Assembly (NCBI RefSeq): GCF_009914755.1
Contig: NC_060934.1
Length of the DNA stretch: 64,000 bases
Source: the human T2T-CHM13v2.0 reference genome, Homo sapiens
Strand: one strand, 5' to 3'
Part shown: piece by piece, positions 12,701 to 27,168 of the stretch
Layout of the letters: every line of letters begins with the position of its first letter
Numbering within the stretch: the first letter of the stretch is position 1
The notes under the pieces: model-generated
What the model saw: only the letters and a program-made list of their open reading frames with translations
Database searches by the model: none
What the model was told of the DNA's origin: nothing
Translations under genes and position numbers: made by a program

Positions 12701-13199
12701 AGGCTGGCTTTGCAACGATGAGCCTGAGAAGCTGTTAGAAGTCCTTTAAGGGGCAAGACAGGGTGTAAACAGACACAGACCTGTTTATGTAGCTAATGTT
12801 TTCTGAACATCAATGTGACCAAGTGTTGTCTTTAGCATTGTGGGAAAAGCAATTCGCCCAAGTGTATTCCTGCTTGAAGGCGTTGAGCCGTAGCTGAGGC
12901 TGGGTGCAGTGAGGACTTGGGGATGGCAAAGCTGTCCCTGCGTGTGCCTTGTGCCTACCCCGCACCCCACTAGAGAGTGGAACGACCAGGGCAGTGGGGC
13001 CAGAGGAAAGATGGGAGGATGCAGAGGGCCAGCCATGTCCCGGGACTGTGCACACGCTTCACCATGTCCCTGCAGGCCAGGGACCCATGCCTGATTCCCT
13101 CTAAAACATTTGCGGGACTGTGGCTACCGGTCAGGTTTCTCCAAGTGGCCCAAGGGGTGGGCATTTTGAGCAGAGCAGTGGGACTATGGATGCGGGTAC

Positions 13200-14360
13200 A
13201 TTTGGGGACCTGGCCATAGTTGAATTTGAGCAGGGTGTGGCAAGCATGTGGGGCTGGACAGGAAGGCAGAGCTAGCCAGTGGGGCCAGGGCCTGCGGAGC
13301 CCAAATGCTGCGCTGGGTGAAGGGCCTTGGGAGTCTTTTGAGTGGGGAACACTAGCCTGTCAGTGCTTCCCAGAGAAGATCACGGGGCTGGCAGGGGACT
13401 GATTGGGGCAGAGGATGCAGGATGGTGGCAGCAGGCCTGGCAGGGCGGGGACAGTTCCAGGAGGTATAGCTGGGGTCAACCCTGGTGGCTTCTGGTGAGA
13501 GCGGAGCAGGTGGGAGTCGCAGAGTGTGGTTGTGAGGGACTAAGTTTAGAATCGCTTTTCTTATTGAGAGAGACGAAAGCCTTGGTGTGTGTGCTTTTTA
13601 TGTGAGGGAAGCCAGATAAAGGATCTGGCTTTGGAAGGGTAGACAGGCCGCCCTCTGCCCTGCCTGGCATCTGGGTTCTGAGGCGGGAGATTTCCCGACT
13701 GCAGCCGCGTTCAGGCGAGGATGGCAGCGGTGGACCCAGGCTCATTACCATTGCTCCCACCCCAGCCTGTCCCTGTTGGGGGCAACCTGTACGTCCTGCA
13801 GGAGTCACGGAATTTTAAAAACCAAACCGTCAGGTGTTAGAGGTACAGTCACATCAGAATGCAAATTAGAAATAGTGTGTGCTGGGGCCTTAAACACCAT
13901 GACGTGTTTCGTGGGCTGGTGCGGCTGAGTGTGCCCCTGGGCAGCAGAGATTGACGAGGGTGGCTGGGCTTCCTCCGGGCCCTGGGCTCGCAGTGGCCTT
14001 GTCTTCAAGGGGCTCCCCGTGTGGTAGGGAGACGTGCTTGTCACATCCATACATTTTGTAGGTACTGGTGAGGGCTGGCTAGACTGAATGAGGTGAAGAG
14101 CCTGGCCTTTGTTGGGGGGGGTGTTGGGGAGCTTGGTAAGTGGTTGAAGATGTTGAAGAAGTCCCCTCTGAGGAGGTGGCTTTCGAGTGGAGATTTGAAC
14201 AGTGAGAGGTGGCAAGGTCTGGGGAGGAGGCTTCCAGGGGACGAGTGAGAGCTGCAGGTGCCTAGATGGCTGCAGGTCGGTGTGTTGGAAGCACAGATGG
14301 GAGGTCCTATGAGGGTCACGGGGTGGGGTGGGGAGCATTGAGGCCACTGTTGCAGGCCTG
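13200..14360. mobile_element. Degenerate L2 fragments (about 13200-13560 and 14130-14360)
   Basis: L2-like CTCTGAGGAGGTGGCTTTCGAGTGGAGATTTGAA...; heavily diverged. Confidence 0.45.
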
Positions 14361-16510
14361 GATTCACTCTAGGAGTGTTAAAGCCAGGGTCTCAGCCTCC
14401 TGCAGTTGTCATCTAGTTAAAGTCATGCCAGCAGGGCAGGGCTGTGTGTGTCTGGGTGATGGGGGATCAGATGAGAAAGTGCGTGCCACCCTCAGCACAG
14501 TGCATGAGAGGCGTGAGGCACGGCGGATGCTGCGGGTCTTATAAGGCCTTTAATGCTCGAGGGGAAGTTCCTAGAATAATGGGCGAAGAAAAGGAATGAT
14601 ATATTTCTAAAAGTTACTGAATTTAGCTAGCTAGCCCAAGAAAAGCCCATGTGTGCTATTCTTTATTGTGCAGAAAAATTCGTTTCTGTCACCATTGTGT
14701 TATCATCAGATTAAGCTGTCGAGTCAGATGGATGCTGTGGTTGTGCGGGGTGCGGGCCGATCAGCACACTCCCAGTGCCTCTGCAGGCCGTCAGCCTCCA
14801 GCCCAGGCCAGCCTGAGAGGCAGGCGACGTGGGAAGGGAGGGGCTTCCCACCAGGACACAGGAGGTTGCTGAGGAGGTTGCTTCCATGGTGCCACTTCTG
14901 AAATAAGAACTGTTCCTTGGAAGGAATGCACAGGTTCTGAAGTTAGTGTTCTTAAAGTTCAACGTTATCTACCCTCTTGGCCATAGTTGACCACCCTGTG
15001 GTCATCCTTGGCCCAGCAAGAGCACAGGCTCTTGGAAAGCCACAATCCATGACCATATTCACAGGTGACCAACCATTTGCCAGGAGGCAGGACTTTCTGT
15101 GCTAAAATGGGGATGTCCCAGGCAGACTGGGGTGGGTGGTCCCTGCCTCCCTCGGCTCTCATTCCAGGGTCCTCCTGGACATCACTGCTGTCACTTTGCC
15201 ACTAGCTTGAGTCCACCTGGGCCTTGAGGCAGAAGCAGTCGTTGAATTTTCTTTTTTTTTGGTTCTCCGGAAGCATGGGCTTATAAGCCTTCCTGTTGTA
15301 TTTTGCCATGAGTGTAATTAGAACATCTCCCAGAGCCTGGGTCACTTCCCTTTAGCTGGACATGGCCCCCGCTGTCCTTGTCACATTTTTTGGATTGTTT
15401 GTCACTCCAGAAAGCCTTCAGGGTCATGGTTCTCACTTCCTCAGACATTTTTCTCTTCTGGGTGTGAGGATCTTTTGCTCATAAGACTTGCCTTCTTTGG
15501 GCCTGAGACGCTTCTCCCCCAGCTGTGGAGATCATGACAGTTGCAGCAGACGGCTTCTTGGAAAGGTAGAAGGCTCTGGTGTTGGCTGAGGAGAAGCAGC
15601 TCCGTGGTCTCCAGGGGTGTCCTGGGTTCCCAGGAATCCCATGGCTCCTGGGGGAACCGCTGCCTGGGGCAGTGCTGGTTCCATGGTCTGTTGGGGTTCC
15701 TGGGTGCTCACACTGCCCCAGCTTAGCCGGCGTGACTCAGGATGCTAGGACCCATCGCCAGGCTGCTGGGAGTGGCTGGGTGGGGAGGTCAGCTCTGGCA
15801 CCAAGGCCATGCTGGGGCTGCAGGGCTTGGCTGGAAGGGGTGCTGCCCTGTGTGTCCTGCTACAAGGGGCCGGGGACCCTCCCAACTCAGGGTGTCCTGC
15901 ACGCCCACACTGCCTCCCTCTTCTATCTTTAAGACACCTGGGAAGCTTCTGGACATGTCAAACCCACACCAGACTGAGTGGCAGGGTCCACCACAGGAGT
16001 AGCTTAGTGAAGACCAGAAATGGTTTTGAGCTGGGCACTGGCACAGACAGGGTGAGAGCCAGCCGCATGGTCCTCGCAGCCTCCCCGCCTGTGGACCCCT
16101 CTCTCAGGCCAGGCAAGTCTGTGGGCTCGTGGGACCCCGGCAGTGCTGGCCTCCTGTGTTTGGGCCTCTGCATCTGTGCTCTGCCCTGAGGTTGGGTGAG
16201 TGGGGGACTCGTGTCCCTCTCTTCCCAGAGCAGCCTCTGCTCTATCCTCAGGGAACCTCTTCTGACCCGATCCCCACGCAGACATGCTCTGCTGCCCTCT
16301 CTCTCAATCTTCCCCACTCTCACTTCTTCCAGAAGCTACTTCAGCCCCCACGATCTCTCTCTGTCTGGGGCCCTTCACACACCACTGTTTTCTACTAGAC
16401 TTGTATTGTTTCCATCTCTTGATGGTGGGATGCTAGATTGGATGCTCTCCAAGGCCTGGTGTGTGGTTTCTACTGGATGGAAGGCCCAGCACAGAGTGCT
16501 GGACACAGGG

Positions 16511-16902
16511 TGCTGTGGACTGAACCGTGTCCCCAAGATTCACAGGCTGAAGTCCTGACCTCCAATTTGGCTGTATTTGGAGACAGGGCCTTTAGGAGGA
16601 AATTAAGGCTAACTGAGTCATAAGAGTGGGATCCTACTCTGCTAGGATTGATGGCCTTGGCAGAGAAAGAGAGGATCTTTTTTCTTAGAAGAGAAAGAGA
16701 GGATCTCTCCCTCCCATACCGTGTGAGGACACAGCGAGGAGGAGGCTGTGTGCAAGCCAGGAAAGGAGCCCTCACTGGAAACGGAATCAGCCAGGACCAG
16801 CAGCTCTCACTTGCCAGCCTCCAGAACCGTGAGAAGATAAATGTCTGTTGGTTAAGCCCCCAGTCTGGTATTTTGTTACGGCAGCCCAGGCAAACCAATA
16901 TA
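16511..16902 (+). mobile_element. MaLR solo LTR (MLT1A-like), sense
   Basis: TGCTGTGGACTGAA start, GTATTTGGAGACAGGGCCTTT, GTGAGGACACAG, CAGCCTCCAGAACCGTGAGA, GGTATTTTGTTACGGCAGC. Confidence 0.9.
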
Positions 16903-18949
16903 TAGGTGAATTACAGACTAAAGTTGTTTCAAAGGCACAAAACTCATCAAGGGATTGTGTATGAAGTTGGAATTTGGGGCTGAGGATAACTTTGTCATCA
17001 GACAGTGCTCCAAAAAGGCACTGTTCTCAGGTTTAGCTCTTGGCATCCCAAAAGATATGAGTGTATCGCAGTAAAAAACAAGTAACAAACAGAAACCCAG
17101 ATTTCATGACCAGAAACATCAGTGGTTGTGGGAATAGGGGACAGCAGGCAAGACAGGAGACTCCAGAAGCCAGCAGACCATGGAAAGGCCTGGTGCTGTC
17201 CTGGCCCTGGGTGGGCTTGCTCTGGTAAGCGGTAGAGGAACCTGCGCCCTGATGGGAAGGAGAGACCGGCTCAAATGCTGCCAGACTGGGTTTTTAAAAC
17301 CAGTCTCTACAGGTTCATTGGGATTCTTTTTGTTGGTTGGTTGATTTTTCCCCCCCTCCAGATTGGTCAGTATACACACACTAATCCAGCCTGGTTCAAA
17401 GGACAGCATGTGGTCGTCTGGTTGGACACCAGCTACATCTCTCAGAACCATACTCTTTGCTGCTTTTCAGGCTAAGATAGCTCTCTGAGACTGTTTGGAG
17501 GTCTCTGTTGATTTAGGGGCCTTGCAAGACATTTCTTGCTGAAAGCCCCGCTGGCCCACACCTCACCAAATTGGCTTATGTGGCTACTGATGGGGGGACA
17601 TAGAAAAGGTAGATAGAAAAGGTTAAATTTACTTCTGTCTAACTCACCAATTCATGCTGTGGATTGTAGATCTGCAAAATATATCAAGTTCACAGGGATT
17701 TTATGATTGTTGCAAAGGAAACTCAAATTGTCAGCCTTTTCCTGAAGGATCTTGCCATTCCTAAGCTCTGGCTATGCCCCTACTTCTGGCTGGCTGTGGC
17801 CTTGCAGTGCAGGCTGGCACTGTGCCCCTGGCATCTGGCTTTGGGGGGCCCAGCTGTGCAGGGAGCAGATGCTGTGGTGAATACAGGTGAAGCCAGAGTC
17901 CTGGCTTGGGGAATGTGTTCTGCTTCCTGTAGTGCTCTATTTGAAGTGTGGATTTCAGTTCTTCGTTATCTTTTATTTATTTATTTATTTATTAGCACAG
18001 CTTGTTTGTTGTTCAGTTCCATAGTGAGAATCTCTTAAGAATATGATTAACCTTGAGGGTCATCTTATCCTGTAATTATTAATGATTGATTCTGTTTATC
18101 CTTGAAATCAATAAGAGAGGCATAATGGTTTGGTCTGTAGTTGGGCGTGATTTCTTACATTTCGTAAACACGGTTCTGTGACAGCAGTTGTATCAGTTTA
18201 TTACCCAGAACATGTTTGATGAATCTGAAGTGTATGATTAGTTTTATATAATTATTGTGATATGTAGTGTTCCTTACATGAGTTATGTTAATATGGCAAA
18301 TAGTGTTAACATCTCCTGCCACTAATAGTTAGGGTGGGGACATATAATAATTGATCTTCCTGGGAGTGCTGTAATGTAAAAACAATTCAGGCTGTTGGAA
18401 GTATATTTTACAAGTATGCGTTGGGCCTTGGGGATGTTATATTGAAAAACCCAATTGTACAGTTACCATGGGAACCCAATTAAAATAGATTGGTTGATTT
18501 TTTTTTTTGTCTTTCATCTTGACCAAAAATCTAATGTATTTTAAATGTTTTCATATGGAATTGTAGTCATATACTGACTTGCTGTGCCAAAGTATTCTGC
18601 TCGTTTTTTCCAACTTTAAGCTAAAATAGTGAAAAGTTCTCGAGTGGATCCTTATGAGAACGTCTCCCAAAGAGAATCAGTCATGTTTTTGTGGAAAAGT
18701 TTGTGTGAGTGATGATGGTAGAGTGGAGGTGGTGGAAAGCTTTTATGAAAAAAGGGAGAACAAGCATTTTCCTACGAGGGCAGACAAGAACCCTCATGTT
18801 CTTCCTTTGGTGGAGGACATGAGTGTGTTTCTCCGTTCTCACGTTTGTAGAAGGTGAGATTAGGTCCCTAAAGGGCCCTCTCCGTGTTGTGGAGGGGTTG
18901 GGGTGGGGGTGGAGTGGTGGGGTGGGATCTGTGTTTGCCCTCCTTGCTG

Positions 18950-20330
18950 GGGGTCCTCACATTGTTTGGTCTCAGAGCCTTTTTGCACAGTTAAAACTTA
19001 TGAGGGATCCCAAAGAGATTACCTGAGTTATATATTAATACCCCATTAGAAATTAGCAGTGAGAAATTTTAAAATATTGATTCATTTAGACAATAAACCT
19101 ATTAGCTTTTTGCATAAATAACATTTTAAAATAAAAACTAGCTATATTTTCCATAAAAACCAATTAGGGAGGAATGTTATCAGTTTCCATTTTTTAAAAC
19201 TTCATAATGCCTGGATGAATAGAAGACAGCTAGCTTCTCCTGCTTCATTCAGTCTGTTGTGATATGTTTGGGTTGAAGCGCATCAAGAGAATCTGGCCTC
19301 ACTCAGGTAAGTAATTAAAAGGGAATAGTGTTTTAACAGCTTCCTCAGATAATTGAGGATGTTCTCCTTTGACACTACATCAGGACTCGGCAAGTGGTAA
19401 TTTCCTGAGGGTTTGTAGCAGGGTGCAATCCGAGACCCGCTCTGTGAACTTTTTGCTCTCTATGACGTTAAAATCCACAGGTATGCCTTGCACTTTGAGT
19501 GATTTTGTAGCGTCTTTCATCGGCCCTGTGGAAAATGTTGCTTCATTGAGTTATACAGATCTTTCAAATATTGATGTTTCCTAATACAGTCCTAAAAATA
19601 ATATTTGTTAATATCACCACCTTTCTCCTTAGGAAAGTCATTTAGTATTGGGAAGCCATGGTGGTGGGTACCAGTATTCTAACATTTTAATCATCACTTG
19701 AAAGTTCTGGCTGGGCACACTGGCTCATGACTGTGATTCCAGCACTTTGGGAGGCTGAGGTGGGAGGATCACTTGAGGCCAGGAGTTGGAGACCAGCCTG
19801 GGCAATATAGCAAGATCCCGTCTCTACAAAAACATTTTTTAAAAAGAAAGTTCCCCTTTTATCATCAGCAGCAGATACTGTCAGTTGTGTTCATTACAGG
19901 TACAGACTATTCATTTTTGAGAAAACATCCGCCAGATATGCAAGTCTGAATAACTGTTGTTTGTGAGTCATTCACACTAGCAAAGCTTTTGTTCTAAAAT
20001 GAAGTTGGTAAGTTCATCAGCAGTCTCTGCCATTTGCGGAGCCCTCCTGGTGGCAGCGTCATTCTGGTTTGTGGCAGAAGTGCTTTGCTGCGCTTCCCGT
20101 TAGGTCACAGAATGTTTAGAAGGTCAAGATTTAGTGAAGTTTGATTGCTTCCTCAGGGCATTCTGAAGTGAACCTGCCTGTTGCCCTGACCGTGCCTTCC
20201 TCCTAGAGTTTGGTGTCAATATCTTGGCCCTTGCGGAGGCATCCACGGTTTTCCCCAGCATGGCTTCTGTGTCGTCTTTCACCGTGCGGTGTGTGGTCAG
20301 CCATAGTTTGTGCAGGTGCCCTTTAGCAGA
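18950..20330. mobile_element. hAT-Charlie DNA transposon fossil (Charlie1-like), interrupted by an Alu monomer
   Basis: TTTGGTCTCAG...CCCAAAGAG...TTAGAAATTA...GAGAAATTTT and GAATAGAAGACAGCT, TTAAAATCCA blocks resemble Charlie1. Confidence 0.7.
19709..19850 (+). mobile_element. FLAM/AluJ left monomer
   Basis: GGCTGGGCACACTGGCTCATG...GGATCACTTGAGGCCAGGAG...CCCGTCTCTACAAAA; TSD GAAAGTTC. Confidence 0.9.
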
Positions 20331-22889
20331 TGGGGGATGTTTTACTCTTTTCTGCAGTGAATATGGTGGATAACTCTCATTGGTTTCCATGTCTTCAACC
20401 AATTTTGTGTTCCTGGATAAATGCCCACCTGGACTTGGTGAATTACTGTTTTCATAGATTGCTGGATTTGACGTGTGGATATGTTTGAGGATTGTGTGTC
20501 TGTTCATGAGAGGTGTTGGTCAGCAGCATTCCTGGAGTGTCTGTCTGCTTTGTTAGGAGGGCAATCTTGCACTCATAAAATGAGGCCTCTTCTATATTTT
20601 GGATTAGTTTGTGTACCGTTAGCATTGTCTCTTCTTTAAATGCTTCATAAGATTTACCAGTGAAGCCATTTGTGTTTGAAGTTTTCTTTGTGAAAATAAC
20701 ATTAACTATGAATTCAGTTTTTTTTAGTAGCTATAGGGCCATTCAGGTCATTTATTTCTTCTTGAGTGACTTTTTGGGATTTTGTATTTGTCAAGGAATT
20801 TGACCATTTCATCTAAGTTTGTTGAATTTATTGGCCTAAAGTTATTTTTATATTCCTTTATTATCCTTTTAATGTCTGTGGGATTTTGAGTCATGTCCTT
20901 ATTTTTATTCCTGATATTGGTAATTTGCACTTTGTCCCCTTTTTTGCTAACTGGTCTGGCTAGAGGTTTATCTGTTTCTTTTCAGAGAACCAACTTTCGT
21001 TACTTGATTTTTCTCTCTTACTGATTTCTCCTGTTTATTATTGCTTTCTTGTGCTTACTTTCAGTTTAGTTTGCTTTCTTTTTTGTAGTTTCTTAGGGTA
21101 GAGGCTTAGATCATTTGGTTTTCCTTTCTTCTTTTCTCATATAAACATTTAATGCTAAAAATTCTCTCTAAGCACTGCTTTAGGTGTGCTCACAGATAGA
21201 CATGCTGTGTTTTCATTTTGATTCAGAGTGGCGTATTTCCCAATTTTCCTTGTGGTTTCTTCTTTAATGCTTGGGTTATTTATTAGTACATCATTTAATT
21301 TCCAAGAATTTGGGGATTTAAAAAATATTTGGGTACTTTCCCAGTATTTTTCTGTTATTGATCTGCAGGGGTGAGTTACCTTGTAATCAGAGGACATACC
21401 TGTTATGATTTTAATCCTCCTAGATTTGTTGAGAGTTGTTTTACAGCCCAGAATATGGTCTACCTTGGTGGATGTTTGAAAAGTGTATACTCTGTGGTTC
21501 TTGGGTGGAGTGCTCTTTAAATGTAGTTGGGTAAGGTTTGTTGATAATGCTCTTCAAGCCTTCTATATCCTTATTGAATTTTGTTTCCCTCTTCTAAAAA
21601 TTATTAGGAGTATTGACATCTCCAGCTATGATTGGAGACTTATTACCCCTTTCAGTTCTGTTGGTTCTTGGTTCATCTGTTCTAAGTGATTTCATTAGGT
21701 GCATACATGTTTAGAATTTTAACATCCTCATGGGGAATTAACCTTTACTCTTATGAAATGGCCTTCTCTAGTTTTGTTGTCATATTCCTTTTTTGAAATT
21801 ATTTGATATTAGGATAGCCACTCCAGCTTTCTTTTGATTAGTGTTTCTGTGGTAACTGTTTTTCCATTCTTTTATGTTGAACCTGTTCTTGTCATTACAT
21901 TTAATGTGTGTTTCTTGTAGACAACACAGTTGGGTCTCTTGCTTTAAAAAATCTAATCTGACAATGTCTTTGTAAAATTGGAGTATTTAGACCATTTACA
22001 TTTAATGTAATTATTAATATGGTTGGGTTTAAGTATACCATCTGGCTGTTCATTTGTCATTCACCAATTTGTTCTTTTTGCCCTTCCTCCATCTTCCGTA
22101 GCTTCTTTTCAGTTATTTGGATATGTTTTTGAATGATTCCAATTTAACATTCTGTCTACACTGTTGGCTTGTTAGCTATCTCTCTTCTTTTTTAGTGGCT
22201 GCTTTAGGATGTGTAATGTACATACTTAGCTTATGCTTATCATAATCTGCATTCATGTGATATAATACAACTTCACATGCAGAATAAGCACCTTAACAAA
22301 AGTATGCTTCAATTTCTCTCATCCCATTTTTTGTTATATTATTGCTACATATGTAATATTCTCCAATATATAGAGTTACTATTTTTATGTTGGGCAATCA
22401 GTTTTCTTTTAAAGAGATTTAAAAAATCCAGAATTTACATTTATTTGCATATTTACTGTTTTTTGAAATCCTCATTCCTTTGTGTAGATCCTAGTTTCCA
22501 TTGAGTACCATTTTTTTTACACCTGAAAACCTTGTACCATCATTTCTCAAGTGCAGGTCTGCTGGTGTCTGAATTGTCATGCATTTGTTTTTGTTTTTTG
22601 AAAAAAGCCTTTGTCTCACCTGCATTCTTGAAAAAATGTGAATTCTAGGTTGACCTGTTTTTTTGCTTTTTAATACTTTAAAGATGTTGTTCCATTGTGT
22701 TCTGCCTTGCATAGTTTCTGATGATCAGTTTGCCGTCATTCTTAAATTTGTTCTTCTGTATGTAATCTGGCATTTTTGCCACCTCTGGCCACTAAGGTTT
22801 TCTCTTTGTCACTTGTTTTCAGCTGTTTGATTATTTGTTTTTATGTTTCTTCTGCTTGGGTTTCACTGAGCTTCTTGCATCTGTGAGAA

Positions 22890-23265
22890 TGGGTTACATA
22901 TCCCTTATCTGAAATGGTTGGGACTAGAAGTGTTTCTGATTTTGGATTTTTTTTGGATTTTGGAATATTTGCATAGATAGATAGGTAGATAAATAGATAT
23001 ATAGATAGATAGATATAGATATAGATACCTTGGGGATGTGACCCAAGTTTAAACATGGAATTTTTGTTTCACATATACCTTATCCACATAGCCTGCAGGA
23101 AATCTTATGTATTATTTTAAATAATTTTGTGCATGTTACAAAATTTTGACTGTATTTCAACTGAGACCTGTCATACAAGGTCAGGTGTGGAATTTTCCAA
23201 TTGTGGCATTGTGTTGGTGCAGTTTTTGGGTTTTGGAGCATTTTGGATTAGGTGTGCTCAACCTT
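22890..23265. mobile_element. Tigger4b/Zombi-like TcMar element nested in L1
   Basis: ATCCCTTATCTGAAATGGTTGGGACTAGAAGTGTTT...TTGGGGATGTGACCCAAG...GGATTAGGTGTGCTCAACC. Confidence 0.85.
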
Positions 23266-24006
23266 GTTTTACCTCATACAGATTTTTCATCAGATTTGAG
23301 GAAATGTCACTGAATATTTCTTCAGATATTTTTCCTGCCTCCCCTTTTTCTGAGGCTCCAATTGTGCATGTGCTGCTTCATACTGTCCTGTGTCTCCCTG
23401 AGCCCTGCTCATTTCCTCAGTCTTTTTGTGTTTCTGTGCCTTGATAGTTTAAAAAACGTTATTTTCTCATTGTTGCTATTTTTTCCTTCTGCTGCATCTA
23501 ATCTGTACATCCTATCGATTGTATTTTTTACTTTAGAGACTGCATTTTACATCTCTATATGCTCCATATGGGCCTTTTAAAATATCTTCTATTTCTCATG
23601 TCATATGTGGGTTCTCCTCTGTCTTCTCAAATATGGAGCATGTTTATAAGAACTGTTTTTATGTCCCAGTCCCCTTGTTTTACGCATCTCTACTTTTCTG
23701 GGTTTGGTTCTGTTGAATGATTTTTCTCCTGATTGTGGGTTATATCCCTCTGCTTCTCACGTGTGTGTGTTTTAAATGGGATCCTAGACATTGAGAGTTT
23801 TGTTGTGGAGTGCTAGATTATGTTGTCTTTTAAAAAACAGTTTTGGACTTTGTTCTGCTGCAGGTTCAGTTTCTTGAAATTGTTTGTATCCTTTCAAGGT
23901 ATCATGCTTTTTTTAAAAAAAGGTTTTGTTAGGGCAGGTCCAGACCAGGTTTTAGTCCAGGGATAGTTTAGTCCTACTATTTACATAATGTCTTTACTTT
24001 ATAAGG

Positions 24007-24117
24007 GTGTGTGTATGTGTATATATGTATGTGTGTGTGTATTATATATATGTATGTGTGTATTTTATATATGTGTGTATTAAATATATATGTATTACAT
24101 ATATATGTATATATATG
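24007..24117. repeat. Compound (TG)/(TA) microsatellite
   Basis: Directly visible. Confidence 0.9.
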
Positions 24118-24603
24118 AAAAATAAGGCAGCTCTGAGGTCTTTACCTGATGAATGTTGTATTAGGAGATCTTTCCACACTGGCTGGTGAGAACATGAAAT
24201 ATTCCCAGCTCTGTCTGTGATCAGGAATTATTTGGGCTGCTACTTCTGGGGATCTTTCTTTGACCTCAGGGAGTTCCTTCTCAAGCAGTGTCTCAGTAGT
24301 TAGGCAGAGGCCACAGGGACTCTTCTGGAGATGCCTGGTGTGTTCTCTGAGTAGGCCCTTCTTCCCTGGTACTCCATCCTGATGATTCTAGGTGTTTTGT
24401 TCTTTTTGAATTCTAATCTCTTTCCCCACTTTGGTGAGAGCACCCACTGGTTTTGTGCCAGATGACCCTCCTCCTCCTTGGCACAGCCTGGAGGCTGCAT
24501 CCAGCCGTTCTCTGGCGGCTGGCTCACTTCACTTCCCTTTCCTTGGGGAGCATAGCCCCTGGCTGCTGTTGTCCTTGTTCTGAAGACCATTGTTTTATAT
24601 AAA

Positions 24604-24823
24604 AGTTGAGCACCCCTAATTCAAAATCTGAAATGCTACAGCATCTGAAAATTTTTGAACATTGACATGCTGCTCAAAGCTGATGCTCAAAGGAAATGCT
24701 TATTGGAGCATTTTGGATTTTTGGATTAGGGATGCTCCAACTGTAAGTATTTGCAAATATTCCCAAATCCAGAAAAATCTAAAACCTGAAGCACTTCTGG
24801 TTCCCAGAATTTCAGGCTACTCA
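24604..24823. mobile_element. Tigger4a/MER46A-like MITE
   Basis: GTTGAGCACCCCTAAT...GCTCAAAGGAAATGCT...GCACTTCTGGTTCCCAG. Confidence 0.8.
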
Positions 24824-25234
24824 TCCTGGACTTTATTTCGTTTTAGCTGTTACATGTGGTTCTTGCTGCCCTGTCATGGCTAGAAGTGGGATCCCCACCA
24901 AGTTATTAGTGGAGTCATAAAAATAAAAGAGAGGCCTGCTGGGCTGTTAGCAGACTGAGATTGCTCAGATTACACAAAGCCCTCTGGCCCTGACCCCAGA
25001 CTTTTTACCGGCCTGAAGTGGGTGAAAAGAAAGCTTCACTGACTGCTTTCTAGGCATGTTTAAGCCTGCTTATTCTGGCCCTCACAGAATAAGAATTCAA
25101 AGGACAATAATTTTCAAGAAGACTTAATTTAAGTTCATCTACCTTATTAGACTTGATATAGATAGATAACCTTTTTAATTTTTTTTTCTCATGGAAACAG
25201 AGTTGAAGAAAACTAATTTACCTTCTAAATTTAG

Positions 25235-25600
<366 letters not shown>

Positions 25601-26991
25601 GGTTATTGTATTTTCTGTATGCTTTTTGGTCGTTCAGCTCATACTCAGTCTTTCCCTGTACTGTTTGAGAAATTCACAAGTGAATCCCAGATCACAGGTG
25701 TTTGGTGAAATTGGTATAAACCTTAACTGACTTTCTGTTAAGAAACATAAAAAAATTTATTTGTATTTCTACTCTGAAGGACTGTTCAAACTTTATATGG
25801 AGGGGACCCAAGATTGGGAAGGCAGAGGAAACAAAGGGCGTCTTTGATTCACATTATTTTTCTCTTGTCATCATTGCAGGCTTAAGTGTGTGTCATCACT
25901 AGAAATGTATTCTGTTGATGTCTGTCATTTCAGCATTTTCATGTTGTCAAAAATGAGACCAGACAGAAGAAGAGTGTATTCTTTCCTGCTAGAACTCACA
26001 CAACACTGTCATTAATGCCTCTGGCAGTCAGGACTTTAATCAGTTAAATGTAATAGTGGTGATAACGTTAAAGCCTTGTATGGCAGTCTACCCGGGCAGC
26101 CTAGAGAGCCCTGTGCAACTCTGCATTTGAAAAATCAATCAACTAGGGCTGTCTTTTGTCCTGGGCTACTTGGATAGCTGGTATGAACCACCCAGCACTA
26201 GCCTCCTGCTTGTTGAGATGACACTTTTCCTGAAGCCATGCCCACTCTTGACAAAGAATAATTAGGTGCCCTGCATAAGTGTATGGGGACCTGCAGGTGG
26301 CTTGGATGGTTTGCCCTGCTCTCATGGGGGTCCACATGAGCATACAGAATGGAAGAAGTCATGATGGTTGCAGTGGTTCCTCAGAGGAACAGTGAGTTTT
26401 TCAAGTAGGACTCTGATTATCTGTAAAGGCCAAACTTGTTCCAGTGACATCACATCTCTGGGGTTGCTAGGAAGTAAAGGAGAAAATGGGTTCACTTGCA
26501 CAGTTTTGGATTACATGTAAGTTTTAAAGAATAGGAATGTGTGTGTGTATGTATGGTATATACGCTATATTATCATTACCAAAAATGATGCCTCCTATAG
26601 ACTTTTGGTAGAAAGGAAATTTCCTTCTCTTCTGGTTGTCTGAATTTTGTTTTCCTTTTTTTTTGCTTCCCTCCGGAAGGGAATCAAAAAATTGTATATA
26701 TATATGTACACACACTATATATGAAATGCCTGTTCATATCCTTTCTGCCTGTGTTTCTGTTGGGATTTCTTTTTCTTATTGATTTATAGGATTATTTTAT
26801 ATAGTCTGGATTCTAATCCTTTGTCAGGTATATTGGCTGCAATTTTCTTCTCCCAGTTTGTGGCCTGCATTTTCATTTTCTTTATACACTGCTAACCATG
26901 TAGGTGTATGTATGTATATATTCTGATTGTGGGTTATATTTCTTTGCTTCTTATGTGTGTGTTTTAAGTTGGATCCTAGACATTGAGAGAC

Positions 26992-27022
26992 TGTGTGTGT
27001 GTATATATATATACCATATAGG

Positions 27023-27056
<34 letters not shown>

Positions 27057-27112
27057 CACACACAAACACACATAGGTGTATACGCAGGTATACACACACA
27101 CACACACATAGG

Positions 27113-27166
<54 letters not shown>
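26992..27166. repeat. Compound (TG)n-(TA)n-(CA)n microsatellite
   Basis: TG runs followed by CA runs, the longest about 25 units; self-complementary. Confidence 0.95.

Positions 27167-27168
<2 letters not shown>

Larger units (their letters stand above)
20330..24600 (-). mobile_element. Old L1 (L1M) fragment, ORF2 5' part to ORF1/5' region, antisense
   Basis: Decayed ORF2 peptides (QITNIRN...DIKRIIKEY...LDEMVKFLDKY; WKLNDVLINNPSIKEE) and ORF1 C-terminal peptide (QWNNIFKVLK...QPRI) on the minus strand. Confidence 0.85.
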
